64,000 bases of DNA from Hyphomicrobiales bacterium (GTDB lineage Bacteria; Pseudomonadota; Alphaproteobacteria; Rhizobiales; Aestuariivirgaceae). Position numbers and translations under genes: made by a program. Positions 52,922 through 61,663 of this stretch are shown here, piece by piece (the stretch's first letter is position 1; each line of letters begins with the position of its first letter). The DNA is taken from positions 34,972 to 98,971 of the forward strand of contig JANOUE010000023.1 in the NCBI GenBank assembly GCA_031416755.1, read 5' to 3'. A model generated the notes under the pieces. That model searched no databases and was not told the DNA's origin. It saw nothing but the letters and a program-made list of their open reading frames with translations.

Positions 52922-53730
52922 TGACCCTCTCATCTGAAGAAATCGAACGTTATGCCCGCCACTTGGTGCTTCCTGAAGTCGGCGGCCCGGGCCAGAACAA
53001 ACTCAAAAACGCACGTGTATTGATCATCGGCGCTGGCGGTCTTGGGGCACCTATTCTGCTTTATCTCGCGGCCGCTGGTGTGGGCCACATTGGCATTTGC
53101 GATCATGACACTGTAAGTCTTTCCAACTTACAGCGCCAAGTTATTCACACCACCGCACAAATTGGCAAGTTAAAAACCCAATCAGCGCAAGCGATGATGC
53201 ACGCCATTAATCCGCATGTTGAAATCATTCAGCACGCAGGTCGCATCACGCCGGAAAATGCGCTCGCACTCATCAATCAATATGATCTAGTGGCCGATGC
53301 TTGCGATAATTTCAACACGCGCTTTCTGGTGGCCGATGCGTGTTACTTCGCCAAGAAGCCTCTGGTCTCGGCAGCTGTTGGCCAATTCGATGGTCAAATC
53401 TCAACTTTCAAACCTTACTTGAAAAACGCCAAGGGCGAACCCTTCCCAACCTATCGCTGCTTTATTGGCGATCTCCCCGAGCGCGGAATGTTCCCGGCTT
53501 GTGAGGAGGCCGGAATTCTGGGCGCACTGCCGGGCATCATCGGCTCTATGCAGGCCATGGAAGTGATCAAGGAAATTTTAGAAATTGGCGAAAGCCTAGC
53601 CGGGCGGATACTCATGTATGACGCGCTGCTGGCAAGATTCTTTGAAACCAAACTGAGCTGGAATTCAGAAAATCCGCTGAGCGGCAATCACCCGACTATC
53701 GCAACTATCATCGCGGAAAATTACATTTGA
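52921..53730 (+). CDS. moeB: MoeB/ThiF family adenylyltransferase
   Basis: ERYARH..LPE.G..GQ.KL, GAGGLG, D.D.V.LSNL.RQ, D..DNF..R and C.EAG.LG motifs. Confidence 0.88.
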   Translation: MTLSSEEIERYARHLVLPEVGGPGQNKLKNARVLIIGAGGLGAPILLYLAAAGVGHIGICDHDTVSLSNLQRQVIHTTAQIGKLKTQSAQAMMHAINPHVEIIQHAGRITPENALALINQYDLVADACDNFNTRFLVADACYFAKKPLVSAAVGQFDGQISTFKPYLKNAKGEPFPTYRCFIGDLPERGMFPACEEAGILGALPGIIGSMQAMEVIKEILEIGESLAGRILMYDALLARFFETKLSWNSENPLSGNHPTIATIIAENYI

Positions 53731-54312
53731 TCAGCGTTTCTTGGCAACCTTCTTAGGGGGGGTTTTTTTGGCCGCAGGTTTTTTCACTGTGGCTTTTTTC
53801 ACTGTGGCTTTTTTCGCAGCAAGTTTCTTGACCGCTGCTTTTGGTTTTGTTGGCTTGACAGCCGCACCTTGTGCTTTCATGAGGCTTCCAAATTTGGTGA
53901 AAAACTGTCCAGCCAGCGATTGTGCTGTTGAATCAATCAGTCGTGAACCTAGCATTGCCAGCTTGCCACCGATTTGGGCGTCAACAGTAAAGTCCATTTG
54001 AGTTTGCGTGGGCGACAAAGCCGTGAGCTTCACTGTGGCTCCGCCTTCAGCAAAGCCTACAATGCCGCCTTGGCCTTTGCCAGAAATACGGTAGCTTTCT
54101 GGCGCTTTCAATTCAGACAATGTCACTTCACCCGCAAACGATGCTTTCACGGGCCCCACTTTAATGACTACGGTTGCTTTCATTTGGGTGGGTGAGGACG
54201 ATTCGATTTTATCACAACCCGGAATGCAGGCTTGCAAAATTTTGGGATCGTTCAGTCCCTTCCACACAGTTTCGCGTGGCGCGTCGATCACTTGGCTTCC
54301 GTTCATTTTCAT
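53731..54312 (-). CDS. coxG: CoxG (SRPBCC/START-like) protein with a Lys/Ala-rich basic C-terminal tail
   Basis: APRE.VW..LNDP..L..CIPGC, VGPVKA.F, G.G.GG..G.A.G and GGKLA.LGSRLID motifs; tail KKATVKKATVKKPAAKK. Confidence 0.85.
   Translation of the reverse strand: MKMNGSQVIDAPRETVWKGLNDPKILQACIPGCDKIESSSPTQMKATVVIKVGPVKASFAGEVTLSELKAPESYRISGKGQGGIVGFAEGGATVKLTALSPTQTQMDFTVDAQIGGKLAMLGSRLIDSTAQSLAGQFFTKFGSLMKAQGAAVKPTKPKAAVKKLAAKKATVKKATVKKPAAKKTPPKKVAKKR
53780..53812 (-). repeat. Tandem 15-bp repeat encoding KKATV-KKATV in the CoxG tail
   Basis: TTTTTTCACTGTGGC occurs twice in tandem on the + strand. Confidence 0.8.
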
Positions 54313-54530
54313 GGTCGCGCTCCGATATTATGATCTGATTTTTTGGCGGCGCTTGGCCGTGATCTGGAGAAAATTGATAGCGCAATTTCTTCGGGCGAGA
54401 TAGCGCCAATGTCGACCCCATCTGGTGTTTTGATGGTATCAAATTTCTCTGGGGATGCCTAAGCCCCAACCAGCTTCTCGCGCATCAAAGCCATTTTTCC
54501 GCCTCCGCCCGCCAAAGCTTATATTTAGAA
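54309..54530 (-). pseudogene. C-terminal remnant of a CoxF/XdhC-family gene (absent from ORF track)
   Basis: Manual translation: (F)GGRRRK, +1 frameshift, then MALMREKLVGA*ASPEKFDTIKTPDGVDIGAISPEEIALSIF, matching the XdhC C-terminal signature (FVGSRRK...P.G.DIGA..PEEIALSI). In-frame TAG at 54461-54459; the stop overlaps the coxG ATG. Confidence 0.75.
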
Positions 54531-54560
54531 TCAATAAGCTTCTTGTAACCTCAAGGCGGT

Positions 54561-55589
54561 TTAAACGCTTTCGCGCGTATAGGTCTCAAACGGCAAAACG
54601 ATTATCTGCTTGCCAGATTCTGCACCGAGCTTGATGGCACGCAGCATGCCGGTGATCGTCTCTTGGGCAAGGCGCTCAAGTGGATGGCCGAGTAACATCG
54701 TCAAGGTGCCATCAAGCAGACCCGCACGGGTGTCCTCGGTCAATTCGAATCCGAGGCCCATGATTTGCCCGGCTTTGCCACGGGTACGAAGAGCATTCAT
54801 CGCGCCTGAGATTCCGCCACCTGCGATGAAAAGGCCGATGAGATCGGGATTTTCGTCAATCAGGTTTTCGGTCATTTCTTCAGCCACCGCACTTGTCTCA
54901 AATGTCGCAAGTGGTTCGAGGATAGTGAATTCGGGAGCCATTTCGCGGAAGTAAGAGCGGAAACCAATCTCGTTCATCTCTTGGCAGCGGTAGCGATAAT
55001 TGCCGACGAGCACGCCAATTTTTCCTGGTGACTTACAGATGTGATGGAAGGCCCATGCTGCAGCACGACCCAGCTTCCAATTGTCAAGCCCAACATAGTT
55101 GACGCCGTCTGCTTGTGAGAGATGTGAGATCAGCGCAAACACTGGAACGTCCTTGGCCTGTAAGATGGTGACTGCATTTGTGACCAACGGATGCACAGAA
55201 GTTACCACACCCACTGCGTTGCAACGCTCTCCCAGTTTAAGCAGTGTTGCCGCGATGGCCTGCGGGGCCAAATCTTCGGCATAAATAATTTCCGTTTCAA
55301 TTTTTTGATCGCCATGCGCGCGCGCCGCTGCTTCAAGTGCAGCGCCCAGCATCTTGTAGAACTTACGGGAAGGTTGTTGGAGGAGAAATCCAAGTCTCAG
55401 TTTGGGTTTGCGCGAGATGATTTTGGCTTGGATGGCACGAACCCCATAATAGCCAATGCGTTCAGCTGCATCTTTGACCTGTTGAACCGTGTGATCGCGC
55501 ACGGTATTATCACCGGCGAGCACCCGGTTCACGGTTGAAACCGAAACACTGGCCTCGGTGGCTAAATCTCGAATGGTCGGTCGTGTCAT
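54561..55589 (-). CDS. LacI-family transcriptional regulator
   Basis: TIRDLA.EASVS.STV.RVL HTH followed by a periplasmic-binding-fold effector domain; divergent from the ABC operon. Confidence 0.92.
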   Translation of the reverse strand: MTRPTIRDLATEASVSVSTVNRVLAGDNTVRDHTVQQVKDAAERIGYYGVRAIQAKIISRKPKLRLGFLLQQPSRKFYKMLGAALEAAARAHGDQKIETEIIYAEDLAPQAIAATLLKLGERCNAVGVVTSVHPLVTNAVTILQAKDVPVFALISHLSQADGVNYVGLDNWKLGRAAAWAFHHICKSPGKIGVLVGNYRYRCQEMNEIGFRSYFREMAPEFTILEPLATFETSAVAEEMTENLIDENPDLIGLFIAGGGISGAMNALRTRGKAGQIMGLGFELTEDTRAGLLDGTLTMLLGHPLERLAQETITGMLRAIKLGAESGKQIIVLPFETYTRESV

Positions 55590-55783
55590 TTCCAGCAGGC
55601 CCTGTATCAGTTGTCTCAATGCATAGAAACAAAAGACACAAAAAAGATGAAATGAAAGTGTCTCTATAGCTCATCTTGTATCTTGAACTATCTCATGTCA
55701 ATGCTGTTTTCGTAGTCCTCATGGGCATTTCCGTCTTTGAGGCAGTAAAATCGTCGGCAAGACGAAAACCCGGAGGATACAAA

Positions 55784-56764
55784 ATGAAATCGATGAAATT
55801 AGCTCTTCTTGCGGCTGCGACCGCATTTGCAGTCAGCGGCTTTGCCACCTCGGCACTGGCCGAAGGCGCAAAGATTTTTGTGGTTGGCGGCAAAGCTGAC
55901 GATCCATTCTGGTCGATCGTAAAGCGCGGCGCTGAAGATGCTGCCAAAGTTGTGGAAGCTCAAGGCGGCACAGTTACGTGGCTTGCTCCACAAAATTACG
56001 ACAATCTCGGTGTAGACGCTGCGGAATTGATCCGTCAGGCGATTGCCCAAGGTGCAACTGGCGTGGTGGCCCCAAACTGGGTTCCAGACGCAATGGATCC
56101 AGCTTTCAAAGCTGTTGCTGATGCCAAAATTCCATTTATTGTCTACAATGCTGGCGGCATTGAAGCTGCTGATCGTTTGGGCGCTATGAACTATGTAGGT
56201 GCGGTCGATTACCTCGGTGGTGTAGCTGGTGGTGAATACCTCGGCAAAGCCGGCATGAAGGATGGTGTCTGCATCAATTCTCTCCCAGGTGCAGCTAACA
56301 TTGAAGCTTATTGCAAAGGCTTTGTTGATGGCATCACCAAAACCGGTGGCAAGGCTGACGTGCTGCCACTTCCGGCAACAGCCGAAGGCAACGTGACTGC
56401 TGTAGCCCAAGCCGTCAAGGCCTATCTGGTTGAGCATCCAACCGTCAATGCAGTGTTCACCACAGCCAATCTCGATGCGATTGGCGCAGTGCAGGGCATT
56501 GCCGAAGCTGGCAAAGCCGGTGCCGTAAAAGTCTGTGGCATCAACTTTGATGAAGGCATTCTGGCCCAAATCAGTGCTGGCACCCAATCCTGCGCCATCG
56601 ATCAACAGGGCTATCAGCAGGGCTTTTTTGCCGTGTCGATCCTGAACGGTTACATCAACTATGGTTTGAGCATTCCAACACGCGAAATTCTGACCGGACC
56701 TGGCGTGGTGGATGTGACCAACATTGCGTCAACAATGTCTGGTGCCAAGTCGGGAACGCGCTAA
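55784..56764 (+). CDS. Sugar/cyclitol ABC transporter substrate-binding protein (CUT2)
   Basis: RBS GGAGG; signal peptide MKSMKLALLAAATAFA...SALA; DPFW..VKRG, R..GF and IDQQ.YQQG motifs. Confidence 0.9.
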   Translation: MKSMKLALLAAATAFAVSGFATSALAEGAKIFVVGGKADDPFWSIVKRGAEDAAKVVEAQGGTVTWLAPQNYDNLGVDAAELIRQAIAQGATGVVAPNWVPDAMDPAFKAVADAKIPFIVYNAGGIEAADRLGAMNYVGAVDYLGGVAGGEYLGKAGMKDGVCINSLPGAANIEAYCKGFVDGITKTGGKADVLPLPATAEGNVTAVAQAVKAYLVEHPTVNAVFTTANLDAIGAVQGIAEAGKAGAVKVCGINFDEGILAQISAGTQSCAIDQQGYQQGFFAVSILNGYINYGLSIPTREILTGPGVVDVTNIASTMSGAKSGTR

Positions 56765-56785
56765 GATTACTGCACTCTGAACTTG

Positions 56786-56826
56786 GACTGCTCGGCCAGT
56801 TGCTCCTTGGCCGGGCAGTCATTTTC
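56786..56826 (+). terminator. Stem-loop after the SBP gene (partial terminator or mRNA stabiliser)
   Basis: GACTGCTCGGCCA-N9-TGGCCGGGCAGTC (13-bp stem, one G:U) followed by ATTTTC. Confidence 0.65.
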
Positions 56827-56849
56827 AAAGCATTGTTGGAAACACAGTC

Positions 56850-57872
56850 ATGGCCACACACATTAAAATGCCGAGGTTTGCGCCGCCTTTACTGGGCCGT
56901 CTGGCCCGTCGGCCAGAGGCTGGTTCATTGCTCGGACTGATTGTTGTCTACGTGTTTTTCGCAATTCTCGGCGGACAGAATTTTCTTGGGTCACTGGGCT
57001 GGTCGAGTTGGCTGAACATGGCCGCTGAAGTTGGCATCATTGCCTTACCCATCGGCCTTTTAATGATCGCTGGAGAACTTGACATCTCGGTCGGTGCTGT
57101 GCTTCCGGCGTCGAGCTTAACGGTTGCCCTCATCTCTGGTTTTTATGACTTGCCAATCATCCTCGGTATTGCAGGCGGTCTTGCCGTTGGTCTGGCTGTT
57201 GGCTTCGTCAATGGCCTGCTGGTTACCCAAACAAGAATTCCCTCTCTCATCATCACCATCGGCACGATGTTTGCTGTGATGGGGTTGTCGCTTGGTTTTA
57301 CCATCATGATCAAGGGATCCACTGGTGTTTTCATCGTGCCTGATCCGTTCACAAAATCACTCCTCGGTGCTGCCATCGGCGGCGTTTTCCGGGTTGGCAT
57401 TCTGTGGTGGCTGGTCTTCATTGGCATCGTCTACTATCTGCTGCATGTCAGTCCTTGGGGCAATGGGGTCTTCGCCCTTGGTGGCGACCGCGAGAGCGCG
57501 CGCAATGCCGGCATAGCAACTAAAAAACTCACCATGCAACTCTATATGCTGTCAGGATTTGCCGCGGCCTTCGTCGGTGTCATGCAAGTTATCGCCAATG
57601 GCAGCGCACAAGTCGCAGCGGGCAGTTCCTTCATCTTCAATTCAATCATGTGTGTTGTCATCGGGGGTGTTTTGCTTAATGGCGGTGCTGGCTCAGTGAT
57701 CGGCATCGTGCTTGGCACCATGACCTTTGCCATCGTCAACCAGGGGATATTTTATTCGGGACTCGATCCGAATTTTGGCTCGATCATCATCGGTGCAATG
57801 CTCCTCGCTGCCGTACTGTCCAATGACAAGTTCCGCGCCCTTGCCCTCAGTTATGCGGCCAAGAGAAAGTGA
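56850..57872 (+). CDS. Sugar ABC transporter permease 1 (RbsC-like)
   Basis: LMIAGE.DISVG, G..NG.LVT, PS.I.T.G, GN.VFA.GG..ESAR.AGI and V.IGG..L.GG.G motifs. Confidence 0.92.
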   Translation: MATHIKMPRFAPPLLGRLARRPEAGSLLGLIVVYVFFAILGGQNFLGSLGWSSWLNMAAEVGIIALPIGLLMIAGELDISVGAVLPASSLTVALISGFYDLPIILGIAGGLAVGLAVGFVNGLLVTQTRIPSLIITIGTMFAVMGLSLGFTIMIKGSTGVFIVPDPFTKSLLGAAIGGVFRVGILWWLVFIGIVYYLLHVSPWGNGVFALGGDRESARNAGIATKKLTMQLYMLSGFAAAFVGVMQVIANGSAQVAAGSSFIFNSIMCVVIGGVLLNGGAGSVIGIVLGTMTFAIVNQGIFYSGLDPNFGSIIIGAMLLAAVLSNDKFRALALSYAAKRK

Positions 57873-58870
57873 GTGCCGCAATGGAAATGATTGGCACCTT
57901 TTTACGACGCCCCGCCGCTGCCTCGGTTCTGAGTTTGCTTGGCATCCTGGCATTCTATGTGATCTTCGGCGGTGTTGACATTTACAGACTGGCAACTGCG
58001 GCAAGCTGGATGAACTTGGCAGCAAACCTCGGCATCGTTGCAATCCCAGTAGGCCTTCTGATGATCGCAGGGCAGATCGATATTTCCATTGGAGCAATGA
58101 TCCCGGCGGGGTCGATTTCCACGGCAATTATTTCGGGCCACTACGGCCTGCCAATTGAGGTCGGCATGGTGGCCGCAATTGGGCTGGGTGTTCTGGTCGG
58201 CTTGGTCAACGGACTTCTGACAGTGCGCACCACTGTGCCGTCGTTGATCATCACATTGGGCACCCTTATCGCCATGCAGGGTGTCGTTCTCAGCGCGGCG
58301 ATGCTTATCGTTGGAAAAGCCAGCGTTCCGCTCAAGGCACCAGAATGGTCCAAATTCGTGTTCGGCCAATTGTTGGGTGGAACGCATCAGGTCATCATCT
58401 TGTGGTGGATCGCCTTGGCTGTGGTGCTTGCATTCGTCCTTCACAAGACCCGCTATGGCAATTGGATCTATGCGCTCGGCGGTGACAAAGTGTCAGCCCG
58501 CAACGCCGGCATTCCGACAAATCGGGTGACTATCGCGCTTTTCGTCTTGTCGGCAACCGCTGCAAGTTTCGTCGGCATGTGCCAGGCCATCCTGTTCAAC
58601 TCATCGCAGGTTTCAGGCGGCATGGGTTACATTTTCAATGCAATTTCCAGCGTGGTGGTCGGAGGTGTCTTGCTGACCGGAGGCTTTGGATCGGTGGCGG
58701 GAATTTTCGTCGGCACGCTAACCTTCGCCATCGTCATCCAGGGCATTTACTTCACGCAGATCGACCGCAACTGGTCCAATCTCATCATCGGAATAACACT
58801 TCTACTTGCCATGGCGATGAATGAGAAGTTCCGCAGCTTGGCGCTGGCCTATGTGCCGAAAAAGAAGTGA
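57869..58870 (+). CDS. Sugar ABC transporter permease 2 (RbsC-like)
   Basis: LMIAGQIDISIG, KT.YGNWIYALGG...SAR.AGI and VVGGVLLTGG.GS motifs. Confidence 0.92.
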   Translation: MSAAMEMIGTFLRRPAAASVLSLLGILAFYVIFGGVDIYRLATAASWMNLAANLGIVAIPVGLLMIAGQIDISIGAMIPAGSISTAIISGHYGLPIEVGMVAAIGLGVLVGLVNGLLTVRTTVPSLIITLGTLIAMQGVVLSAAMLIVGKASVPLKAPEWSKFVFGQLLGGTHQVIILWWIALAVVLAFVLHKTRYGNWIYALGGDKVSARNAGIPTNRVTIALFVLSATAASFVGMCQAILFNSSQVSGGMGYIFNAISSVVVGGVLLTGGFGSVAGIFVGTLTFAIVIQGIYFTQIDRNWSNLIIGITLLLAMAMNEKFRSLALAYVPKKK

Positions 58871-58878
58871 GTGACACC

Positions 58879-59667
58879 ATGAAACCCCCTATTCTTGCCC
58901 TCAAGAACGTCAGTAAATCATTTGGCCCCATAGAGGTTTTGAACGACATATCGCTGCAAGTTCGTGCAGGCGAAGTGCTGTGCCTGTTGGGCGACAATGG
59001 TGCAGGCAAATCGACGCTCATCAAAATCTTGTCGGGCGTCTATACGCTCACATCAGGTCAAATGGAAATGGACGGGAAACCCGTCACCTTCACCAATCCA
59101 CGTGAGGCAAGCGCCATGGGCATTGCCACCGTGCACCAGTTCGGCGGCACGTTTCCGCTGATGAGCATTGGTCGCAGTTTCTTTGTGGGTGTTGAACCGA
59201 CGAAGGGTTGGGGGCCATTCAAAATCTATGATCGTAAAACCGCCAACGAAGTTGCCGTCAAAGCGGTGCAGGACTTCGGCATCACCCGTATAGATGATGG
59301 CGATCGTCTGGTGGGCGGGCTCTCGGGTGGCGAACGTCAATCATTGGCCATTGCGCGTGCCGTTCATTTCGGTGCGCGAGTTCTCATTCTTGATGAACCA
59401 ACAGCTGCCCTTGGTGTCAAGCAAGCTTCGCATGTCCTGCGCATTGTCAACCAAGCCAAGAAGCGCGGTCTCGCCGTGATTTTTATCACGCATCAAGTCA
59501 TGCATGCCATGGCTGTGGGCGACCACTTTGCGGTGTTGATCCGAGGTGCCGTCGCTGCTGATTTCCGCAAAGGCCAAAAGACCCGCGAAGAAATTACCGA
59601 CCTCATGGCTGGCGGCGAAACCATGGCGGCACTCGAGGCAGAAGTTGAAGGGAAAGTTCATGGATGA
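58879..59667 (+). CDS. Sugar ABC transporter ATP-binding protein (single NBD)
   Basis: Walker A GDNGAGKS, signature LSGGERQ, Walker B LILDEPT and the H-loop ITH. Confidence 0.94.
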   Translation: MKPPILALKNVSKSFGPIEVLNDISLQVRAGEVLCLLGDNGAGKSTLIKILSGVYTLTSGQMEMDGKPVTFTNPREASAMGIATVHQFGGTFPLMSIGRSFFVGVEPTKGWGPFKIYDRKTANEVAVKAVQDFGITRIDDGDRLVGGLSGGERQSLAIARAVHFGARVLILDEPTAALGVKQASHVLRIVNQAKKRGLAVIFITHQVMHAMAVGDHFAVLIRGAVAADFRKGQKTREEITDLMAGGETMAALEAEVEGKVHG

Positions 59668-60664
59668 CTTGCAAAGTGGGACGCGAAACAAACGCGGCGA
59701 TTGGAATCCCAAAGAACCGATTGGACTGGCTGCCTATCTGACATGGCCACGTGAGCCTCGGAAATACCTTGAATGGTTGGTCGGCTATTTGTTTCCCTGG
59801 AACCTGCTGTTCATTGCTGTGGCGCTGGTGCAATGGTTCTATCTTACGCCATCCATCGAAACGCTGAAAACTTTGCAGCTGGATTGGATTGCCTACCTCT
59901 TTGCACGCAATGCGCTTTTGGTTCTTGTCATTTACGGTGCACTGGAACTCCGGCTTTACGTCAAGCGTGCACAGGGCAATCATTTCAAATTCAACGGCAA
60001 GTGGCCTTCCGAGCAGCCCAGCGATGTGTTCATGTTCAAGAACCAGAACATCGACAACATCATTCGTTCCTTTGCCTCAGGTGTTCCGATCTGGACAGCC
60101 TATGAAGTGTTTGGCTTGTGGTGCTATGCCAACGGCTATGGACTGTGGGGAACCTTCGCAGAATATCCCATCTGGTTCATCGCATTTGCTTTTGTGATGC
60201 CAGTTTATCATGAGGTGCACTTCTACTGCATTCATCGCTTGATCCACGTTCCGATTTTCTACAAATACATTCATTCGGTGCATCACAACTCGGTCAACCC
60301 AAGCCCCTGGTCAAGCCTGTCGATGCACCCAATTGAGCATCTCCTGTACTGGTCAGACTCTCTCATTCATCTCATTGTCCCATCTCACCCCTTGCTGTTC
60401 CTCTACAATTTGCAAATCACTGGCACAGGTGCCGTTGTTGGTCACATTGGCTTTGACAAAATGGAACTGGGTAAAAATACTGGCTTTGATACACACGCCT
60501 TTGCCCATTACCTGCACCACAAGCATTTTGAAGTAAACTACGCTGATGGTGCAACTGGCATCGACAAGCTGTTTGGCACTTGGCACGATGGCAGCAAAGA
60601 AGCGCAGGCCCAAATGGAGGCGCGCTATGAAAAGAAGATCGCAAAGGTAAACGCAAAATCATGA
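59660..60664 (+). CDS. Membrane His-box di-iron enzyme, sterol desaturase/fatty-acid hydroxylase superfamily
   Basis: His boxes HEVH, HRLIH, HSVHH, HP.E, GH.G and HYLHH; hydrophobic helices; NY and D.LFGT near the C-terminus. Confidence 0.88.
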   Translation: MDDLQSGTRNKRGDWNPKEPIGLAAYLTWPREPRKYLEWLVGYLFPWNLLFIAVALVQWFYLTPSIETLKTLQLDWIAYLFARNALLVLVIYGALELRLYVKRAQGNHFKFNGKWPSEQPSDVFMFKNQNIDNIIRSFASGVPIWTAYEVFGLWCYANGYGLWGTFAEYPIWFIAFAFVMPVYHEVHFYCIHRLIHVPIFYKYIHSVHHNSVNPSPWSSLSMHPIEHLLYWSDSLIHLIVPSHPLLFLYNLQITGTGAVVGHIGFDKMELGKNTGFDTHAFAHYLHHKHFEVNYADGATGIDKLFGTWHDGSKEAQAQMEARYEKKIAKVNAKS

Positions 60665-61656
60665 CACTTCGTATTGGCATCATTGGTGCAGGCATCATGG
60701 GGGCAGATCATGCCCGTATATTTTCTGAGGAAGTGCCGGGAACAACTTTGCAGGTTATTTGTGACGCCGACCAAGCACGCGCAAAATCGGTCGCAGAAGC
60801 CACAGGTGCAATGCATGTGGTGAGCGATCCACTCGCGGTGATCAATGACGCATCGGTTGACGCCGTCGTCATTGCAGCACCTGACCAATTTCATGCACCA
60901 CTGACATTGGCTTGCATCGCAGCAGGAATGCCCGTGTTGTGTGAAAAGCCCCTCTCACAGGATTCGAAGGAATGCCTGGCGGTGCTGGCAGCTGAGGAAA
61001 AGCGTGGCAAGCACCTTGTGCAAATCGGCTTCATGCGCCGCTTCGACCCATCCTATACCGAAATAAAATCGCTGTTGACACGCGGCGATCTTGGAAAAGC
61101 GCTGATGTTTCATTGTTTCCACCGCAATGTGGCCCCGGCCTATGGCTTTCAAGCGTCCATGGCGATTTGCAATTCAGCACCACATGAATTCGATGTTGCA
61201 CGGTGGATGCTGGATTCGGATTTCAAATCCATCAGCGTCTTCCGTCCACCCTGTGGCGGTCAAACCGCGCCCGTGTTTATGGTGCTCGAAACCATCGCAG
61301 GCCAGCTCGTCAACATTGAAGTCAACATCAGCGCTACCTATGGCTATGACGTGCGCGCTGAATTGGTGGGCGAAAAGGGAACTGCTTTCCTTCGCGCACC
61401 TGTGAATGCCGACATCAACCTTGGCCTCAAACAGATCAACACTTACCCCGCTGACTGGCGCCCGCGCTTTGTGGATGCCTACCGCCAACAAAACCGCGCA
61501 TGGGTCAAATCCGTGCAAACCGGCAAACCCAATCTCGGTGCCTCGGCTTGGGATGGCTATTGTTCCACCGCTGTTGCCGAAGCAGGCGTTGAAGCCTTGA
61601 ACACGGGCAAGACTGTTGCTGTGACGCAGATTGCAAAACCCAAGTTTTATATGTGA
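60661..61656 (+). CDS. Gfo/Idh/MocA oxidoreductase (inositol 2-dehydrogenase-like)
   Basis: IG.IG.G.MG.DH, VLCEKPL, Q.GFMRRFD, HE.D..RW and GYDVR.E.VGE.G motifs. Confidence 0.9.
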   Translation: MTLRIGIIGAGIMGADHARIFSEEVPGTTLQVICDADQARAKSVAEATGAMHVVSDPLAVINDASVDAVVIAAPDQFHAPLTLACIAAGMPVLCEKPLSQDSKECLAVLAAEEKRGKHLVQIGFMRRFDPSYTEIKSLLTRGDLGKALMFHCFHRNVAPAYGFQASMAICNSAPHEFDVARWMLDSDFKSISVFRPPCGGQTAPVFMVLETIAGQLVNIEVNISATYGYDVRAELVGEKGTAFLRAPVNADINLGLKQINTYPADWRPRFVDAYRQQNRAWVKSVQTGKPNLGASAWDGYCSTAVAEAGVEALNTGKTVAVTQIAKPKFYM

Positions 61657-61663
61657 GGCCACA

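Noticed and set aside
53440-53730. MoeB lacks the two Zn-binding CxxC pairs of E. coli MoeB
   Set aside because: Loss of these cysteines is, to my knowledge, common in alphaproteobacterial MoeB/ThiF proteins, so it is not evidence of novelty or decay.
55644-55677. AAGATGA-N20-TCATCTT inverted repeat in the LacI/SBP intergenic region
   Set aside because: Short arms, a long spacer and no central CG typical of LacI operators; could be chance in an AT-rich gap.
55799-56605. 268-aa antisense ORF
   Set aside because: It lies entirely opposite the well-supported SBP gene, has no recognisable motif and is a typical shadow ORF.
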